From NCBI GenBank assembly GCA_001873435.1, contig MNZB01000002.1, positions 129,620-193,619 of the forward strand: a DNA stretch of 64,000 nt, given 5' to 3'. Position 1 is the stretch's first letter; each line of letters starts with the position of its first letter. Shown in pieces: positions 18,196 through 28,288 of the stretch. Origin of the DNA: Candidatus Pacebacteria bacterium CG2_30_36_39. GTDB lineage: Bacteria > Patescibacteriota > Microgenomatia > UBA1400 > PJMF01. The notes beneath the pieces were generated by a model. That model ran no database searches. It saw nothing but the letters and a program-made list of their open reading frames with translations, and had not been told where the DNA came from. The translations under genes and the position numbers were made by a program.

Positions 18196-19497
18196 TTATG
18201 ATTGTTTACCAACACCAATATATTTATAGCCTATTTTTTTGAGCTCTTCTTCATTTAATTGATTACGAGCATCTACTATCCATTGCATTGTATCAGGACG
18301 CCTGGTTTTTGAGAAATCGAAGCTGACTATTTCTGGCCATTCAATTAGGCAGAAAATTATATCTGCATTCAAAACAGCTTCTTCAATTGATTTTGTTTGA
18401 GTGTGACCAGTTTCTAGTTTTTCTAATCTAAAAAATGTTTTCCAGGAAGCCATTGGGTCATAACTTGAGATTTCGGCTCCTTTACTTAAAAGAATTGGAA
18501 CTACTTTATTTGCTGGTGCTTCACGCATGTCATCAGTATTTGGTTTGAATGATAAGCCCAAAACTGCAACTTTTTTACCCTTCCAACCACCGATCTTTTT
18601 TTCAATTCTTTGTAAAATCTTTGGGATACGAGTTTCATTTAATTCATTGATTTTATTGAATAAATTATCACCTTCTTCTACCGACCTAGAGTAAGCAGCG
18701 ATCTCTTTTACATCCTTGGGGAAACAAGAACCGCCATAGCCAAAACCAGGATACCAATATTGAGAACCAATTCTTTTATCTAAACCAATGGCAGAAATTA
18801 CATCTTCAATATCCGCACCATTTTTCTCACAAAGATCAGCTACCTGATTAACAAAGGTAATCCTAGTAGCAAGATATGCATTGGCTGCATATTTAGCCAT
18901 TTGAGCTGATTCTGGTTTAACTTTTACAATCGGAGCATTGAGCGGTAGATGGAGTTCTTCTAATCTCTTAAATACTTCATCATTATTTGCGCCTAAGACA
19001 ACTCTGTCTGGATGAAGTGTATCTTTAACAGCGGTTCCTTCTTTGAGAAATTCTGGCACTGATGCTACATGAAATTTAACGTTGGTTAGTTTTTTAATTC
19101 TTGCTTCTACAATTGGTAATGTTCCTGGAGGAACAGTGGATTTCACAACAACAATAGCATTTTCTTTTAAATATGGAGCAAGTGAATCTAGGCTAGCAAA
19201 AACATAGCGGAGATCTGCTTGGCCATCTGGTCCAGATGGAGTGCCAACGGCAATCATAATAATGTCGGCATCTTTAATCGCAACTTCATAGTTGGTGGTA
19301 AAAGTTAGATTACCGCCTTTTTGTTGGGAGATTAATAAATCTTCTAATCCAGGTTCATAGAATGGTACTTTGCTATTTTTTAAGGAAGTAATTTTATTTT
19401 CATCAACATCAAGTCCAATGACTTGATTACCAAACGAAGCATAAACAGCTGCGCTGACAACTCCGACAAAACCAGTACCAATGAACGTCACATTCAT
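18196..19497 (-). CDS. ugd: UDP-glucose/GDP-mannose 6-dehydrogenase
   Basis: GTGFVG, AVGTPS, KSTVPPGT, PEFLKEG, GYGGSCFPKD, FKPNTDDMRE. Confidence 0.92.
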   Translation of the reverse strand: MNVTFIGTGFVGVVSAAVYASFGNQVIGLDVDENKITSLKNSKVPFYEPGLEDLLISQQKGGNLTFTTNYEVAIKDADIIMIAVGTPSGPDGQADLRYVFASLDSLAPYLKENAIVVVKSTVPPGTLPIVEARIKKLTNVKFHVASVPEFLKEGTAVKDTLHPDRVVLGANNDEVFKRLEELHLPLNAPIVKVKPESAQMAKYAANAYLATRITFVNQVADLCEKNGADIEDVISAIGLDKRIGSQYWYPGFGYGGSCFPKDVKEIAAYSRSVEEGDNLFNKINELNETRIPKILQRIEKKIGGWKGKKVAVLGLSFKPNTDDMREAPANKVVPILLSKGAEISSYDPMASWKTFFRLEKLETGHTQTKSIEEAVLNADIIFCLIEWPEIVSFDFSKTRRPDTMQWIVDARNQLNEEELKKIGYKYIGVGKQS

Positions 19498-19566
19498 ATT
19501 TTCTTTCTATTTTAGCTTTCAATTTAGGTCGTTTATAGGCTCAGTATAGCATTATATAATCAGGCT

Positions 19567-20223
19567 ATGGAGATTATCATTTTTACTTTATTTCCCGATT
19601 TTTTTAAAGGGGCTTTTATGACCTCTATCTTGGGTAAGGCTGTAAAGGAAGGCCAAGTTAGTTTTAAATTCATAAACATTAGAGATTTTGCTTTGGATAA
19701 GCATAAAACTACTGACGATCGTCCATATGGAGGCGGTCCAGGCATGGTTATGAAGGTTGAACCAATTGATCTAGCTCTCAAAGCTTTTAATTTTAAAAAA
19801 GATACTCCTAATGAAAAAATAATCTTAACTTCAGCTCAGGGAAGTCTTTATTCTCAGGCTAAAGCAGGGGATTTGGCTAAATATCAGCGGTTAGCGATTG
19901 TTTGTGGACATTATGAAGGCGTAGACGAAAGAATTACTGAAAATCTTATTGATGAAGAAATTAGAATTGGTGACTATGTTTTAACTGGTGGTGAGCCAGC
20001 GGCAATTGTTATTTCAGACAGTGTCATCCGTTTAATTCCAGGAGTTTTGGGAAATGAAGAAAGTAATTTAGATGAATCTCACTCTGAGCCAGGGAAAATG
20101 GGTTTTCCTCAATATACTAGACCAGAAAAATATTTAGATTGGTCAGTTCCACAAGAATTATTATCAGGTGATCCTAAAAAAATCTTACCTTGGCGCGAGC
20201 AACATCGTAAAGTTGATAAATAA
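19567..20223 (+). CDS. trmD: tRNA (guanine37-N1)-methyltransferase
   Basis: TLFP, DDRPYGGGPGMV, CGHYEGVDER, IGDYVLTGGE, PQYTRP, LLSG. Confidence 0.97.
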   Translation: MEIIIFTLFPDFFKGAFMTSILGKAVKEGQVSFKFINIRDFALDKHKTTDDRPYGGGPGMVMKVEPIDLALKAFNFKKDTPNEKIILTSAQGSLYSQAKAGDLAKYQRLAIVCGHYEGVDERITENLIDEEIRIGDYVLTGGEPAAIVISDSVIRLIPGVLGNEESNLDESHSEPGKMGFPQYTRPEKYLDWSVPQELLSGDPKKILPWREQHRKVDK

Positions 20224-20225
20224 CT

Positions 20226-21095
20226 TTATTCAACCTCACTCAAAGCTTCACGAATAGTTTTGAGTTTGAAATCTAAAATTTTAGCTAGTTTTTCATTGCT
20301 CATGGCAGTATTTCGTTGATATGGACGTGCTGAGCTCTTAAGATAAGCCTCTAGGTCGCCTTTGCCAATTTCAGCTCCCAATGATTTTATTTCATTAATA
20401 GCTACAGCAAAATCATAATCAGACCAGCTTTCGCCGTTTGTAGCATGGAAAAGACCGGTAGTGTTAGTACGAACTATAAAATCAATTACTTTACCAAAAT
20501 CATTTACAAAGGTAGGACCAAAATAGTGATTGGTAAATTGAGGGTAAAGAGAACCTGCTTTTATGCCATTAATAATGCGGTGAACAGTGTCTACTTTCTC
20601 AAAGGCGTCGGATCTAAAAGGTTGGTCAATACGTAAAATAGTCCATGGGCACTGAGCTTTTTTTACTACTTCTTCTGCTAAAAACTTTGTTTTTCCATAC
20701 CACTCGATTGGATTTGGGACATCTTCTTCGGTATAGAGTTCTTTTTTCTCTCCATCAAAAACATAAGCAGTGGAAACGTAAATTACATGTTTATTAGTTG
20801 CTTCTGCAGCTTTAATAATGTTTTCAGTTCCTATGACATTAACCTGATAAGCAATGCCATTTGCATCATCTGTTTGTTGCCAAGCACCAGTTACATCGGT
20901 GTAGGCAGCTAGATGAACAACGTGTTTTGCTGTTGATTCATTGAACCTGGTTAAGACTTGATCATATTTTGTAATGTCAGTAGGCTTATTTTGGTCTCGA
21001 AGGTCTAGATTGTTGAACTCATAAATATTTTTAAAATCTAAGGCAAAACGTGAGCCGACCAAACCATTAAGACCAGTTGTAAGTAGTGCTTTCAT
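20226..21095 (-). CDS. rfbD: dTDP-4-dehydrorhamnose reductase-like
   Basis: TGLNGLVG, HLAAYTDV, STAYVFDG, PNPIEWYGKTK; next to rfbB. Confidence 0.82.
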   Translation of the reverse strand: MKALLTTGLNGLVGSRFALDFKNIYEFNNLDLRDQNKPTDITKYDQVLTRFNESTAKHVVHLAAYTDVTGAWQQTDDANGIAYQVNVIGTENIIKAAEATNKHVIYVSTAYVFDGEKKELYTEEDVPNPIEWYGKTKFLAEEVVKKAQCPWTILRIDQPFRSDAFEKVDTVHRIINGIKAGSLYPQFTNHYFGPTFVNDFGKVIDFIVRTNTTGLFHATNGESWSDYDFAVAINEIKSLGAEIGKGDLEAYLKSSARPYQRNTAMSNEKLAKILDFKLKTIREALSEVE

Positions 21096-21111
21096 CGGAG
21101 CTTTCTAATTA

Positions 21112-22125
21112 TTATTTTTGATACTGTTCAGAAAAATATTGTTTATTGGCGTATTTTAATTTTTGCCACCAGGATGGGTTGTTTTTATACCATTTAATGG
21201 TTTTTTTTATGCCTTCTTCCAAGGAAACACTTGGTTTCCAGCCTAGTTCTTGATTAATTTTGGTCCAGTCAACCGCATAGCGACGATCATGCCCCGGTCT
21301 ATCTTTAACATATTCTATTTTGTCTTCAGATTCTCCCATGATTTTCAAAATCATTTTAGAAATTTCAAGGTTTGATACATCTGTAGTTAAACCACCAATT
21401 AAATATGTTTCATGAAGTTTACCATCAGTTAAAACTCGATCTATTGCTGAACAATGATCCTGGACATATAGCCAATCTCTAACATATAGACCGTCTCCAT
21501 AAACAGGAATATTTTTCTTTTCAATTAGATTGGTAATGGTTAGAGAAATGAATTTTTCAGGGAATTGATATTCACCATAATTATTTGAACAGTTGGTAAT
21601 GGTGTATGGCAAGCCATAGGTTGTGCCATAAGCTCTGACTAAATGGTCTGAAGCTGCTTTGCTAGCAGAGTATGGACTATGCGGGTTATATGGAGTTAAA
21701 AGATTAAATTTTTCGGTGGTATTTAGTTCTAAAGCACCAAAAACTTCATCTGTGGAGATGTGGTGAAAACGTTGGATCTTATTTTTTAAAGCTGATTCTA
21801 GAAGTACTTGTGTGCCAATGATGTTAGTTTCTAAAAATAATTCTGGATTTTTTATTGAACGATCAACATGTGATTCGGCAGCAAAGTGAACTACGGTGTC
21901 GACATCATCCATAATTTTATCAACAAGCTCTTTATTTCCAATATCTCCATGGACAAAGGTGTAGTTGGTATTATTTTCTATACTAGCTAGATTTTCTGTG
22001 TTTCCTGCATAAGTTAATTTGTCTAAGTTAATAATTGAATCTTCTGGGTGGTTTTTAAGCCAATAAAGAATGAAGTTTGCTCCAATAAAGCCTGCTCCAC
22101 CAGTTACTAAGATTTTTTTTGCCAT
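21112..22125 (-). CDS. rfbB: dTDP-glucose 4,6-dehydratase
   Basis: VTGGAGFIG, DKLTYAGN, HFAAESHVDRSI, STDEVFG, PYSASK, DRPGHDRRY. Confidence 0.96.
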   Translation of the reverse strand: MAKKILVTGGAGFIGANFILYWLKNHPEDSIINLDKLTYAGNTENLASIENNTNYTFVHGDIGNKELVDKIMDDVDTVVHFAAESHVDRSIKNPELFLETNIIGTQVLLESALKNKIQRFHHISTDEVFGALELNTTEKFNLLTPYNPHSPYSASKAASDHLVRAYGTTYGLPYTITNCSNNYGEYQFPEKFISLTITNLIEKKNIPVYGDGLYVRDWLYVQDHCSAIDRVLTDGKLHETYLIGGLTTDVSNLEISKMILKIMGESEDKIEYVKDRPGHDRRYAVDWTKINQELGWKPSVSLEEGIKKTIKWYKNNPSWWQKLKYANKQYFSEQYQK

Positions 22126-22147
22126 ACAATTTTCCTGATCTATATAT

Positions 22148-22321
22148 TTATTTTTTTGTTATTGTTTCTAGTAAAAATTCATTCTTTTTTGTTTCAGCTT
22201 GATAAACAGAATGATAATAACCAGCAATATATGACAAGATAACAATTATTAAAACTAGAATTTTAATTAGAGTTTTAGGTGAGACTGGTTGAGGAAAAGC
22301 TTGTTCGAATATTTTTTTCAT
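22148..22321 (-). CDS. 57-aa single-pass membrane protein (absent from ORF track)
   Basis: Hand translation: MKKIFEQAFPQPVSPKTLIKILVLIIVILSYIAGYYHSVYQAETKKNEFLLETITKK. TATACT lies 8 nt upstream. Confidence 0.65.
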   Translation of the reverse strand: MKKIFEQAFPQPVSPKTLIKILVLIIVILSYIAGYYHSVYQAETKKNEFLLETITKK

Positions 22322-22337
22322 GTGTTTTCAGTATAGC

Positions 22338-23468
22338 TTATTTAAATAGATCAGCATTAATTTCTTTTTGAAATAGATCTTGATTGTTTATCACGTAGAC
22401 CCATTGTTTTTGATATTTATTTGATGGTTTTGGATTGTCTAAGACTCCAGATTCAGGATTTTCTTTGGTCGTAGATAGTTGATGACTGTTTAAAACAATG
22501 TTTTCTCTAATTGGTAAAAGAGTTTTAACTGTGGCAATTCCTTCTTCTAGAGTAAATACTTGTGCATAATTGTCGTCATACCAACGATATAGTTGGCCAG
22601 CGAGTTCTGGGTTATTTATGTATTGTTTGAAGTTTAATAATTGAGAGAAAAGTGCTTTTATTATTATCTGTTGTCTTTCGCCCCTGGAAAGGTCGGTTCC
22701 CTCATCTCCTTCGCTATGACGACTGCGGATGTATTGTAAGGACTCTTCACCTGTTAGAGTTTGTTCCCCAGCTTTAAATTCAATAGTTTGATATAAAATT
22801 TTTGGGTCTCTTTCTTTAGTGACGTCTACTCCTGACCTAGGAAATTCTTGATCAATAAATCCGGTTGGAATATTTACTTTTATACCTCCAGTTAAATCAA
22901 TTAGTTTTTTAAGTTCATCAAGCGAAACCACAATGGTGTGGTGAATTTTAATATTTGTCATTTCTTCAATTACTTCTTGAGTAAATTTTTCTGGTGTGGA
23001 GGGGTATCTGTCTAAACCATAAAAGTATAGGGCGTTTATTTTGGTTTGATATTTTTCTGACCATAGGTCTCTGGGTAGTGGTAGAGTGTTGATTGTTCCA
23101 GATTTTAGATTTATAGAAATGAGCATCATTGTGTCTGTTAAAGGTGGGATTTCACCTCTTCCGGCTATGGAATCAACGCCAAGTAATAAAATATTTTTAT
23201 GATCTTCTGTTTGGATTGGTTCTTGTTGCCAGCTATTTACTACTTTGTTTTTAAGCTCCCAAGTAGAAATACCAGCTGCTTGTTCAAATTTTTTAATTTT
23301 GCCATAACCCCAAAAACAAAGACCTATGCCAGTAACAAGAAACATTAATAAAACAAAAAATAAAGCTAATAAATGAGTTTTAATTAGAAGTATCCAGATG
23401 TTGCTGGTATATTTTTTATCTTCAACTTGGTTTGTTTGAGACTTAGATGTCACTAATTCTTTTTTCAT
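22338..23468 (-). CDS. LytR-CpsA-Psr (LCP) family glycopolymer transferase
   Basis: N-terminal TM, NILLLGVD, TDTMML, PRDL, KINA, YIRSRH, D..RGERQQ. Confidence 0.92.
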   Translation of the reverse strand: MKKELVTSKSQTNQVEDKKYTSNIWILLIKTHLLALFFVLLMFLVTGIGLCFWGYGKIKKFEQAAGISTWELKNKVVNSWQQEPIQTEDHKNILLLGVDSIAGRGEIPPLTDTMMLISINLKSGTINTLPLPRDLWSEKYQTKINALYFYGLDRYPSTPEKFTQEVIEEMTNIKIHHTIVVSLDELKKLIDLTGGIKVNIPTGFIDQEFPRSGVDVTKERDPKILYQTIEFKAGEQTLTGEESLQYIRSRHSEGDEGTDLSRGERQQIIIKALFSQLLNFKQYINNPELAGQLYRWYDDNYAQVFTLEEGIATVKTLLPIRENIVLNSHQLSTTKENPESGVLDNPKPSNKYQKQWVYVINNQDLFQKEINADLFK

Positions 23469-23542
23469 AGAAACTAAACTTCATTGTAACTCATCTTATG
23501 AAGAAAGAAAAAAACTAGAAAACAGAGGCATTTCTCCACAAG

Positions 23543-25327
23543 ATGGGCTACAATAGGAGAGTGCAAAAACTGAAACAGTGGTCAGTCTTTTCTTTTTTAT
23601 TGCTAGTTTTCTTAGCTAGTTCTTGGTCTCTCTTGATAAACAATGGGTTTTTTAGGGTTCACGATTTTACTCATGCCGGTAGAATTGTTGAAATGGCCAG
23701 GGCTTTACAAGATGGTCATTTTCCAGTTAGATGGACTGAAAATTTTGGTTATGGCTATGGTATGCCTTTATTTGAGTTTTATGGTCCATTGCCTTTTTAT
23801 GTTGGCGCTCTATTTTTCTTGATTTTTGGTAATGTGATTTGGAGTATTAAATTTTTATATTTGTTGGTTAATTTTGGTACCTTAATGGGTGGATATTGTT
23901 TGGGTAAGAAGCTTTATGGTCGAGCTGGAGGTTTGTTGGTTGCAACTTTTTTAACTCTAGCTCCATATAGAGCAATGAATTTATTTGCCAGAGGGGCTTT
24001 AAATGAGGTTTGGGGTATTATGTTTTTGTCTTGGATATTATTTGGTTTGATAAAGATATTTCATCAAGAAAAAAATGGCTGGAAATTTTTTACTTTATCT
24101 TTAATTGGTTTGTTTTTATCTCATAACATTACAACAATGATTTTCTTGCCTGTTTTGGCTTTGTTTGCCTTGTTTTATATGGGAACGATGTATTTTTATC
24201 AGAGGCCGGAACTTTTTAGAAAGAGTCAATTTAGATTGAGGAATTTTTTAAGAATTTCTTGGCAGTTATTTGCAAGTGGGTTGTTGGCTGTTGGTGCCGC
24301 TAGTTTTTATTTGTTGCCAGCATTTTTAGAGAAGAACTATACTCAGGTAGAAAAGATTATTTTAACTTATTATTTTGATTTTAGATTGCATTTCTTGTAT
24401 ATCAGGCAGTTTTTTAATTCGACTTGGGGGTATGGTGGTAGTGGCTGGGGAACTGATGATGGTATTTCTTTTTTCTTGGGTTGGGGGCAATTATTAACAT
24501 TAATTATTTTTCTATTGTTGTGGTTTAAACAGATTTGTAGATTTATTTTTAAGAGAAATGTTAAACAGTCTTCGCAAATTTCCGCCAGATCTTTTTGGTT
24601 GACTCTGTCTTTTGGAGTTTTGACTTTATTTACTTTGTTTATGAGTTTGCTGAAATCTCAATTTGTTTGGGAGCAAATAGAGATTTTTAAATTTATTCAA
24701 TTTCCCTGGCGTTGGTTGAGTTCGGCTATAGTGTTTTTGGCTTTGCTTTTAGGTTCAATTTCTTGGCTTTTTACTAATGTCATAGTTAGGGCTTGGGTAG
24801 CTGGGATTGTTGTTGTTATATCTGTTATTGGTTCGGTTGGGTTTTTTAGGCCAGATTTTTATTTAGATAATCCTGTAGATTTTTACTATACAGATCCATC
24901 TAGAATTAGAAATGAATTGAGTGGTATTTTGCCAGACTATATATCGAGTGATATGGAAGAAAAACCAAGTATTATTCCAGATCAGTTGATTATTAATCAT
25001 GAAGATTTAGATGCTGAAAAGTATGATGTTTTAGTTGATCGTACTCATGAAAAATTAATTAAAACTTCTTTTTCTACTCCTACCAAATTGGAGTTGGCTG
25101 TAGCGACTTATCCCGGTTGGAAGACTGAGATAGATGGGCAGTGGTGGAATAATTCCAAGGGAGTAGTGGGTAATATTCAGATTGAAGCTCCAGCTGGAGA
25201 GCACTTGGTGAGTTTGAGATTTGAAAATACTTGGTTGAGAACTTATTCAGATTTAATCTCTCTTTTTTCTTGGTTAATACTTATCTATTTATTTTTGCCA
25301 AAAAATATTATTAAGAAGAAGAACTGA
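23543..25327 (+). CDS. GT-C-like membrane protein (YfhO/PTPS-related family)
   Basis: HDFTH, FPVRW...GYGYGMPLF, RGALNE, LSHN, QFPWRW, YPGW..EIDG. Start may be GTG 23561. Confidence 0.8.
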   Translation: MGYNRRVQKLKQWSVFSFLLLVFLASSWSLLINNGFFRVHDFTHAGRIVEMARALQDGHFPVRWTENFGYGYGMPLFEFYGPLPFYVGALFFLIFGNVIWSIKFLYLLVNFGTLMGGYCLGKKLYGRAGGLLVATFLTLAPYRAMNLFARGALNEVWGIMFLSWILFGLIKIFHQEKNGWKFFTLSLIGLFLSHNITTMIFLPVLALFALFYMGTMYFYQRPELFRKSQFRLRNFLRISWQLFASGLLAVGAASFYLLPAFLEKNYTQVEKIILTYYFDFRLHFLYIRQFFNSTWGYGGSGWGTDDGISFFLGWGQLLTLIIFLLLWFKQICRFIFKRNVKQSSQISARSFWLTLSFGVLTLFTLFMSLLKSQFVWEQIEIFKFIQFPWRWLSSAIVFLALLLGSISWLFTNVIVRAWVAGIVVVISVIGSVGFFRPDFYLDNPVDFYYTDPSRIRNELSGILPDYISSDMEEKPSIIPDQLIINHEDLDAEKYDVLVDRTHEKLIKTSFSTPTKLELAVATYPGWKTEIDGQWWNNSKGVVGNIQIEAPAGEHLVSLRFENTWLRTYSDLISLFSWLILIYLFLPKNIIKKKN

Positions 25328-25331
25328 AGAT

Positions 25332-26825
25332 ATGATTCAACAAACAGCTCCAGATATTACTGATGAACTAGAAGAGTTGATGGATGATGACATTGAGCAG
25401 ATCAAGCAGAAATCTGTTTCTGGAGTGGTTTCATATTTTTTCCGTACAGCTTTTTTGCAGGGCATAGGTTTGGTGGCGGCTTTTGTTTTAAGTGCGTTTT
25501 TTTCTCCAACTGATTTTGGTGTTTATGGTTTTGTTACTCAAATTATTGGTTTGTTGATTTTCTTTTCTGATGTTGGTTTAGCTGCAGCTTTGGTACAACA
25601 AAAAGATAATCCAGATAATAAGGCTTACCAGGTTGCTTTTACTTTGCAGTGGTTGCTGTCTTGGCTAATAGTTGGAATTATTGGTCTAGTGATATTGAGT
25701 GGTTTAGTTCAAGCTAAGGTCGGTGTGGCTGGTGTTTGGGTGTTGTTTAGTTTGGCCATTTCCTTTCCTTTGGCAACCTTAAAGACTGTTTCTTCTATTC
25801 GTTTAGAAAGAAAATTGTTGTTTCAAAAACTAGTTATTCCTCAAATTTTTGAGCAAATTGTTTTCTTTGGTTTATTGATTGCCCTAGCCTGGCGGGGGAT
25901 GGGTGTAATGGCTTATACCTATGCGATTATTGCTAGATCAATTATTGGTACATTGGTGATGTGGTTGATTGAGCCATGGAAAGGTATTGGTTTTTTGTGG
26001 GATTTGAAGATTTTGAGGTCATTGTTGGGTTTTGGGGTAAAGTTTCAGCTCAATGATTTTCTAGCAAGAATTAAGGATCAATTATTTTATTTGGGGTTGG
26101 CGGCATTTTTGCCTTTAGAGCAATTTGGTTATATTCAATGGGCTAAGAATTGGTCAATGTATCCATATAATTTAACTGTTCAAAATGTAATGGCCATAAC
26201 TTTTCCAACCTATTCTCGTTTGCAACATCGAAAAGATTTATTGCAAAAGGCGATTGAGAAATCAATTTTTTTCATTTCTTTAGCAATCTTTCCAATCTTA
26301 GTAGGTATGAGTATCTTTATTTGGCCACTTACTCAGGTGGTAGAGAAATATCATAAGTGGGAGCCAGCTGTTGCTAGTTTTATTTTTTTTGCTTTGAGTA
26401 TTGGTTGGGCAGCTTTATCTACTCCTTTGGTTAATACTTTGAATGCGATTGGTTATATTAATAAAACTTTAAAGTTGATGATGATGTGGACTGTTTTGAC
26501 TTGGGTTTTAACTCCTGTTTTTGTTTGGAAATTTGGTTTTAATGGTGTTGCTTTGTCTGCTTTTGTTATTTCATTTACTTCTTTGTTCTCTGTTCAGATG
26601 GTTAAAAAGCATCTTCCAGTTAGAATTCTACCTCAGATTAAAGAAGCTTCTTTGGCGGCTATTTTAATGGCTTTGGCTGGTTACTTTGGTATGAGTTACT
26701 GGGTTAGGGATTTGAAATGGTTGTTTATTGGTGGGCTATTTACTAGTTTGGTTTATGGTTTTAGTATTTTGGTTTTTGGTGGTAAAAGGATATTTGTTGA
26801 GGTTAAAAATTTGATGAAGAAATAA
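25332..26825 (+). CDS. Wzx-type polysaccharide flippase
   Basis: About 12-14 TM; SPTDFGVY, DVGLAAALVQ, FGVKF, FPTYSRLQ. Confidence 0.88.
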   Translation: MIQQTAPDITDELEELMDDDIEQIKQKSVSGVVSYFFRTAFLQGIGLVAAFVLSAFFSPTDFGVYGFVTQIIGLLIFFSDVGLAAALVQQKDNPDNKAYQVAFTLQWLLSWLIVGIIGLVILSGLVQAKVGVAGVWVLFSLAISFPLATLKTVSSIRLERKLLFQKLVIPQIFEQIVFFGLLIALAWRGMGVMAYTYAIIARSIIGTLVMWLIEPWKGIGFLWDLKILRSLLGFGVKFQLNDFLARIKDQLFYLGLAAFLPLEQFGYIQWAKNWSMYPYNLTVQNVMAITFPTYSRLQHRKDLLQKAIEKSIFFISLAIFPILVGMSIFIWPLTQVVEKYHKWEPAVASFIFFALSIGWAALSTPLVNTLNAIGYINKTLKLMMMWTVLTWVLTPVFVWKFGFNGVALSAFVISFTSLFSVQMVKKHLPVRILPQIKEASLAAILMALAGYFGMSYWVRDLKWLFIGGLFTSLVYGFSILVFGGKRIFVEVKNLMKK

Positions 26826-26827
26826 CT

Positions 26828-28171
26828 ATGAAAAAGAAGTTGGCTATTTTTTTCTTATTTGTTTTGGGTGGTTTTATTTTAAGGGTTTTTCATTATTGGT
26901 CTTTTCCTGTTTTTGGTGAGACTGCTGATGAGAGTGCTTGGACTCATCTAGGAGCTTCTTTGATTCAGGAAGGGGTTCCTGCTTCTTGGTCATATTTTGG
27001 TCCATATCAGCCAGATTATGTTTATAAGACTGGAGTTTATGATGCGCCTATTGTTAGGCCGGTTTTTGATCATCCACCACTTTTTTCTTTGCTTCCAGGA
27101 TTGGCTCATGCTTTAAAAGGAGATTGGCTAGAGTTTCCTTCTTCTAAAGTGATTAGGTTGCCCTTGGTTTTGCTGGGGGCGTTGAATGTGGGGTTGTTTT
27201 GGTTGGTGGCAGAGAAGTTTTTTAAAGATAAGGGTTGGGCTGTTTTTGCTACTTTATTGTTTATGACTATTCCAGAGATTGTTTTTGGTAGTAGGTTGGT
27301 TGTAGCAGAGAATTTGATTGTTACGTGGAATTTATTGGCGATGATTGCTTTGTTTTATTCAGAAAAGAAGTGGAGTAATAGGCTTTTATTTGTTGTAAGT
27401 GTTTTGGCTGTTTTAACAAAGGTTTCTGGATTGGTTGTTCCAGTTGTTATTATTTCATTGGGTTTTATAGAAAAGAAATGGGATTGGTTTAGAGCTGGGA
27501 TGTTTGGGCTTATTTCTGGAGTAATTATTTATGTTTTGTATGGTGTTTTATATAATTTTGATTTGTTTTGGGCTGTTTTACAGTCTCAGGCTGGTAGGGA
27601 GTTAGGATTTGCGACGTTGCAGAATAGAATGTTTTTACATCCAACGATTGTCAAAAATATTTTTTTTGATGGTTGGAAAATTTTTGGTTTATTAGCTAGC
27701 TTCATTGTTTTGCTTAAAAAGGATACAAAGTATTTAGTTATCCAGCTTTTTACTGTTTTGAATTTGGTTTTTATTGTTTTGACTGTTGGAGAGGGTACTC
27801 TTCATGGTTGGTATGATTATGTTTTGTGGCCTTCTTTTGTTCTTGCTATTTCGATAGTTTTTCGAGAGATTTATGTTAATGGTAATAATGTTATGTTTGG
27901 TTTTGCTTGGATGTTTTTGTTGCCAGTGGTTAGGTTGGTTGCTTATTTAGGAAATATAAGTCTTGGTTTGTGGGCGATCAGGGGTATTGTTTCTGTTGGT
28001 TTTATGCCTTTGTTATTTGAATCTATTTCTTTAAAAAAATCTAGGGATTTTTCTATGAAATTTTTGATTTTATTATTGTTGATGTTTAATATTTTAGTTG
28101 TTTATTTGATTACAATTGAGAAGTACTGGCTACAATCTGCTTGGTTTGAGTCTTTTAAAATGAGTTTGTGA
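26828..28171 (+). CDS. GT-C membrane glycosyltransferase (PMT-like)
   Basis: LRV...TADE, DHPPLF, SRLVVAEN, TK; multi-TM. Confidence 0.82.
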   Translation: MKKKLAIFFLFVLGGFILRVFHYWSFPVFGETADESAWTHLGASLIQEGVPASWSYFGPYQPDYVYKTGVYDAPIVRPVFDHPPLFSLLPGLAHALKGDWLEFPSSKVIRLPLVLLGALNVGLFWLVAEKFFKDKGWAVFATLLFMTIPEIVFGSRLVVAENLIVTWNLLAMIALFYSEKKWSNRLLFVVSVLAVLTKVSGLVVPVVIISLGFIEKKWDWFRAGMFGLISGVIIYVLYGVLYNFDLFWAVLQSQAGRELGFATLQNRMFLHPTIVKNIFFDGWKIFGLLASFIVLLKKDTKYLVIQLFTVLNLVFIVLTVGEGTLHGWYDYVLWPSFVLAISIVFREIYVNGNNVMFGFAWMFLLPVVRLVAYLGNISLGLWAIRGIVSVGFMPLLFESISLKKSRDFSMKFLILLLLMFNILVVYLITIEKYWLQSAWFESFKMSL

Positions 28172-28227
28172 GAATTTTAGTAACCCTTAGAATATTGGGT
28201 AGTAATTTTTTATTCATGGTCGATAAA

Positions 28228-28261
28228 AAAATAGAGAGCATTCGTTAATACTCTCTATTTT
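28228..28261. terminator. Bidirectional terminator between convergent genes
   Basis: AAAATAGAGAG/CTCTCTATTTT inverted repeat flanked by A- and T-runs. Confidence 0.7.
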
Positions 28262-28288
28262 ATTTTTATTTTTATAAGGTAACTAATT

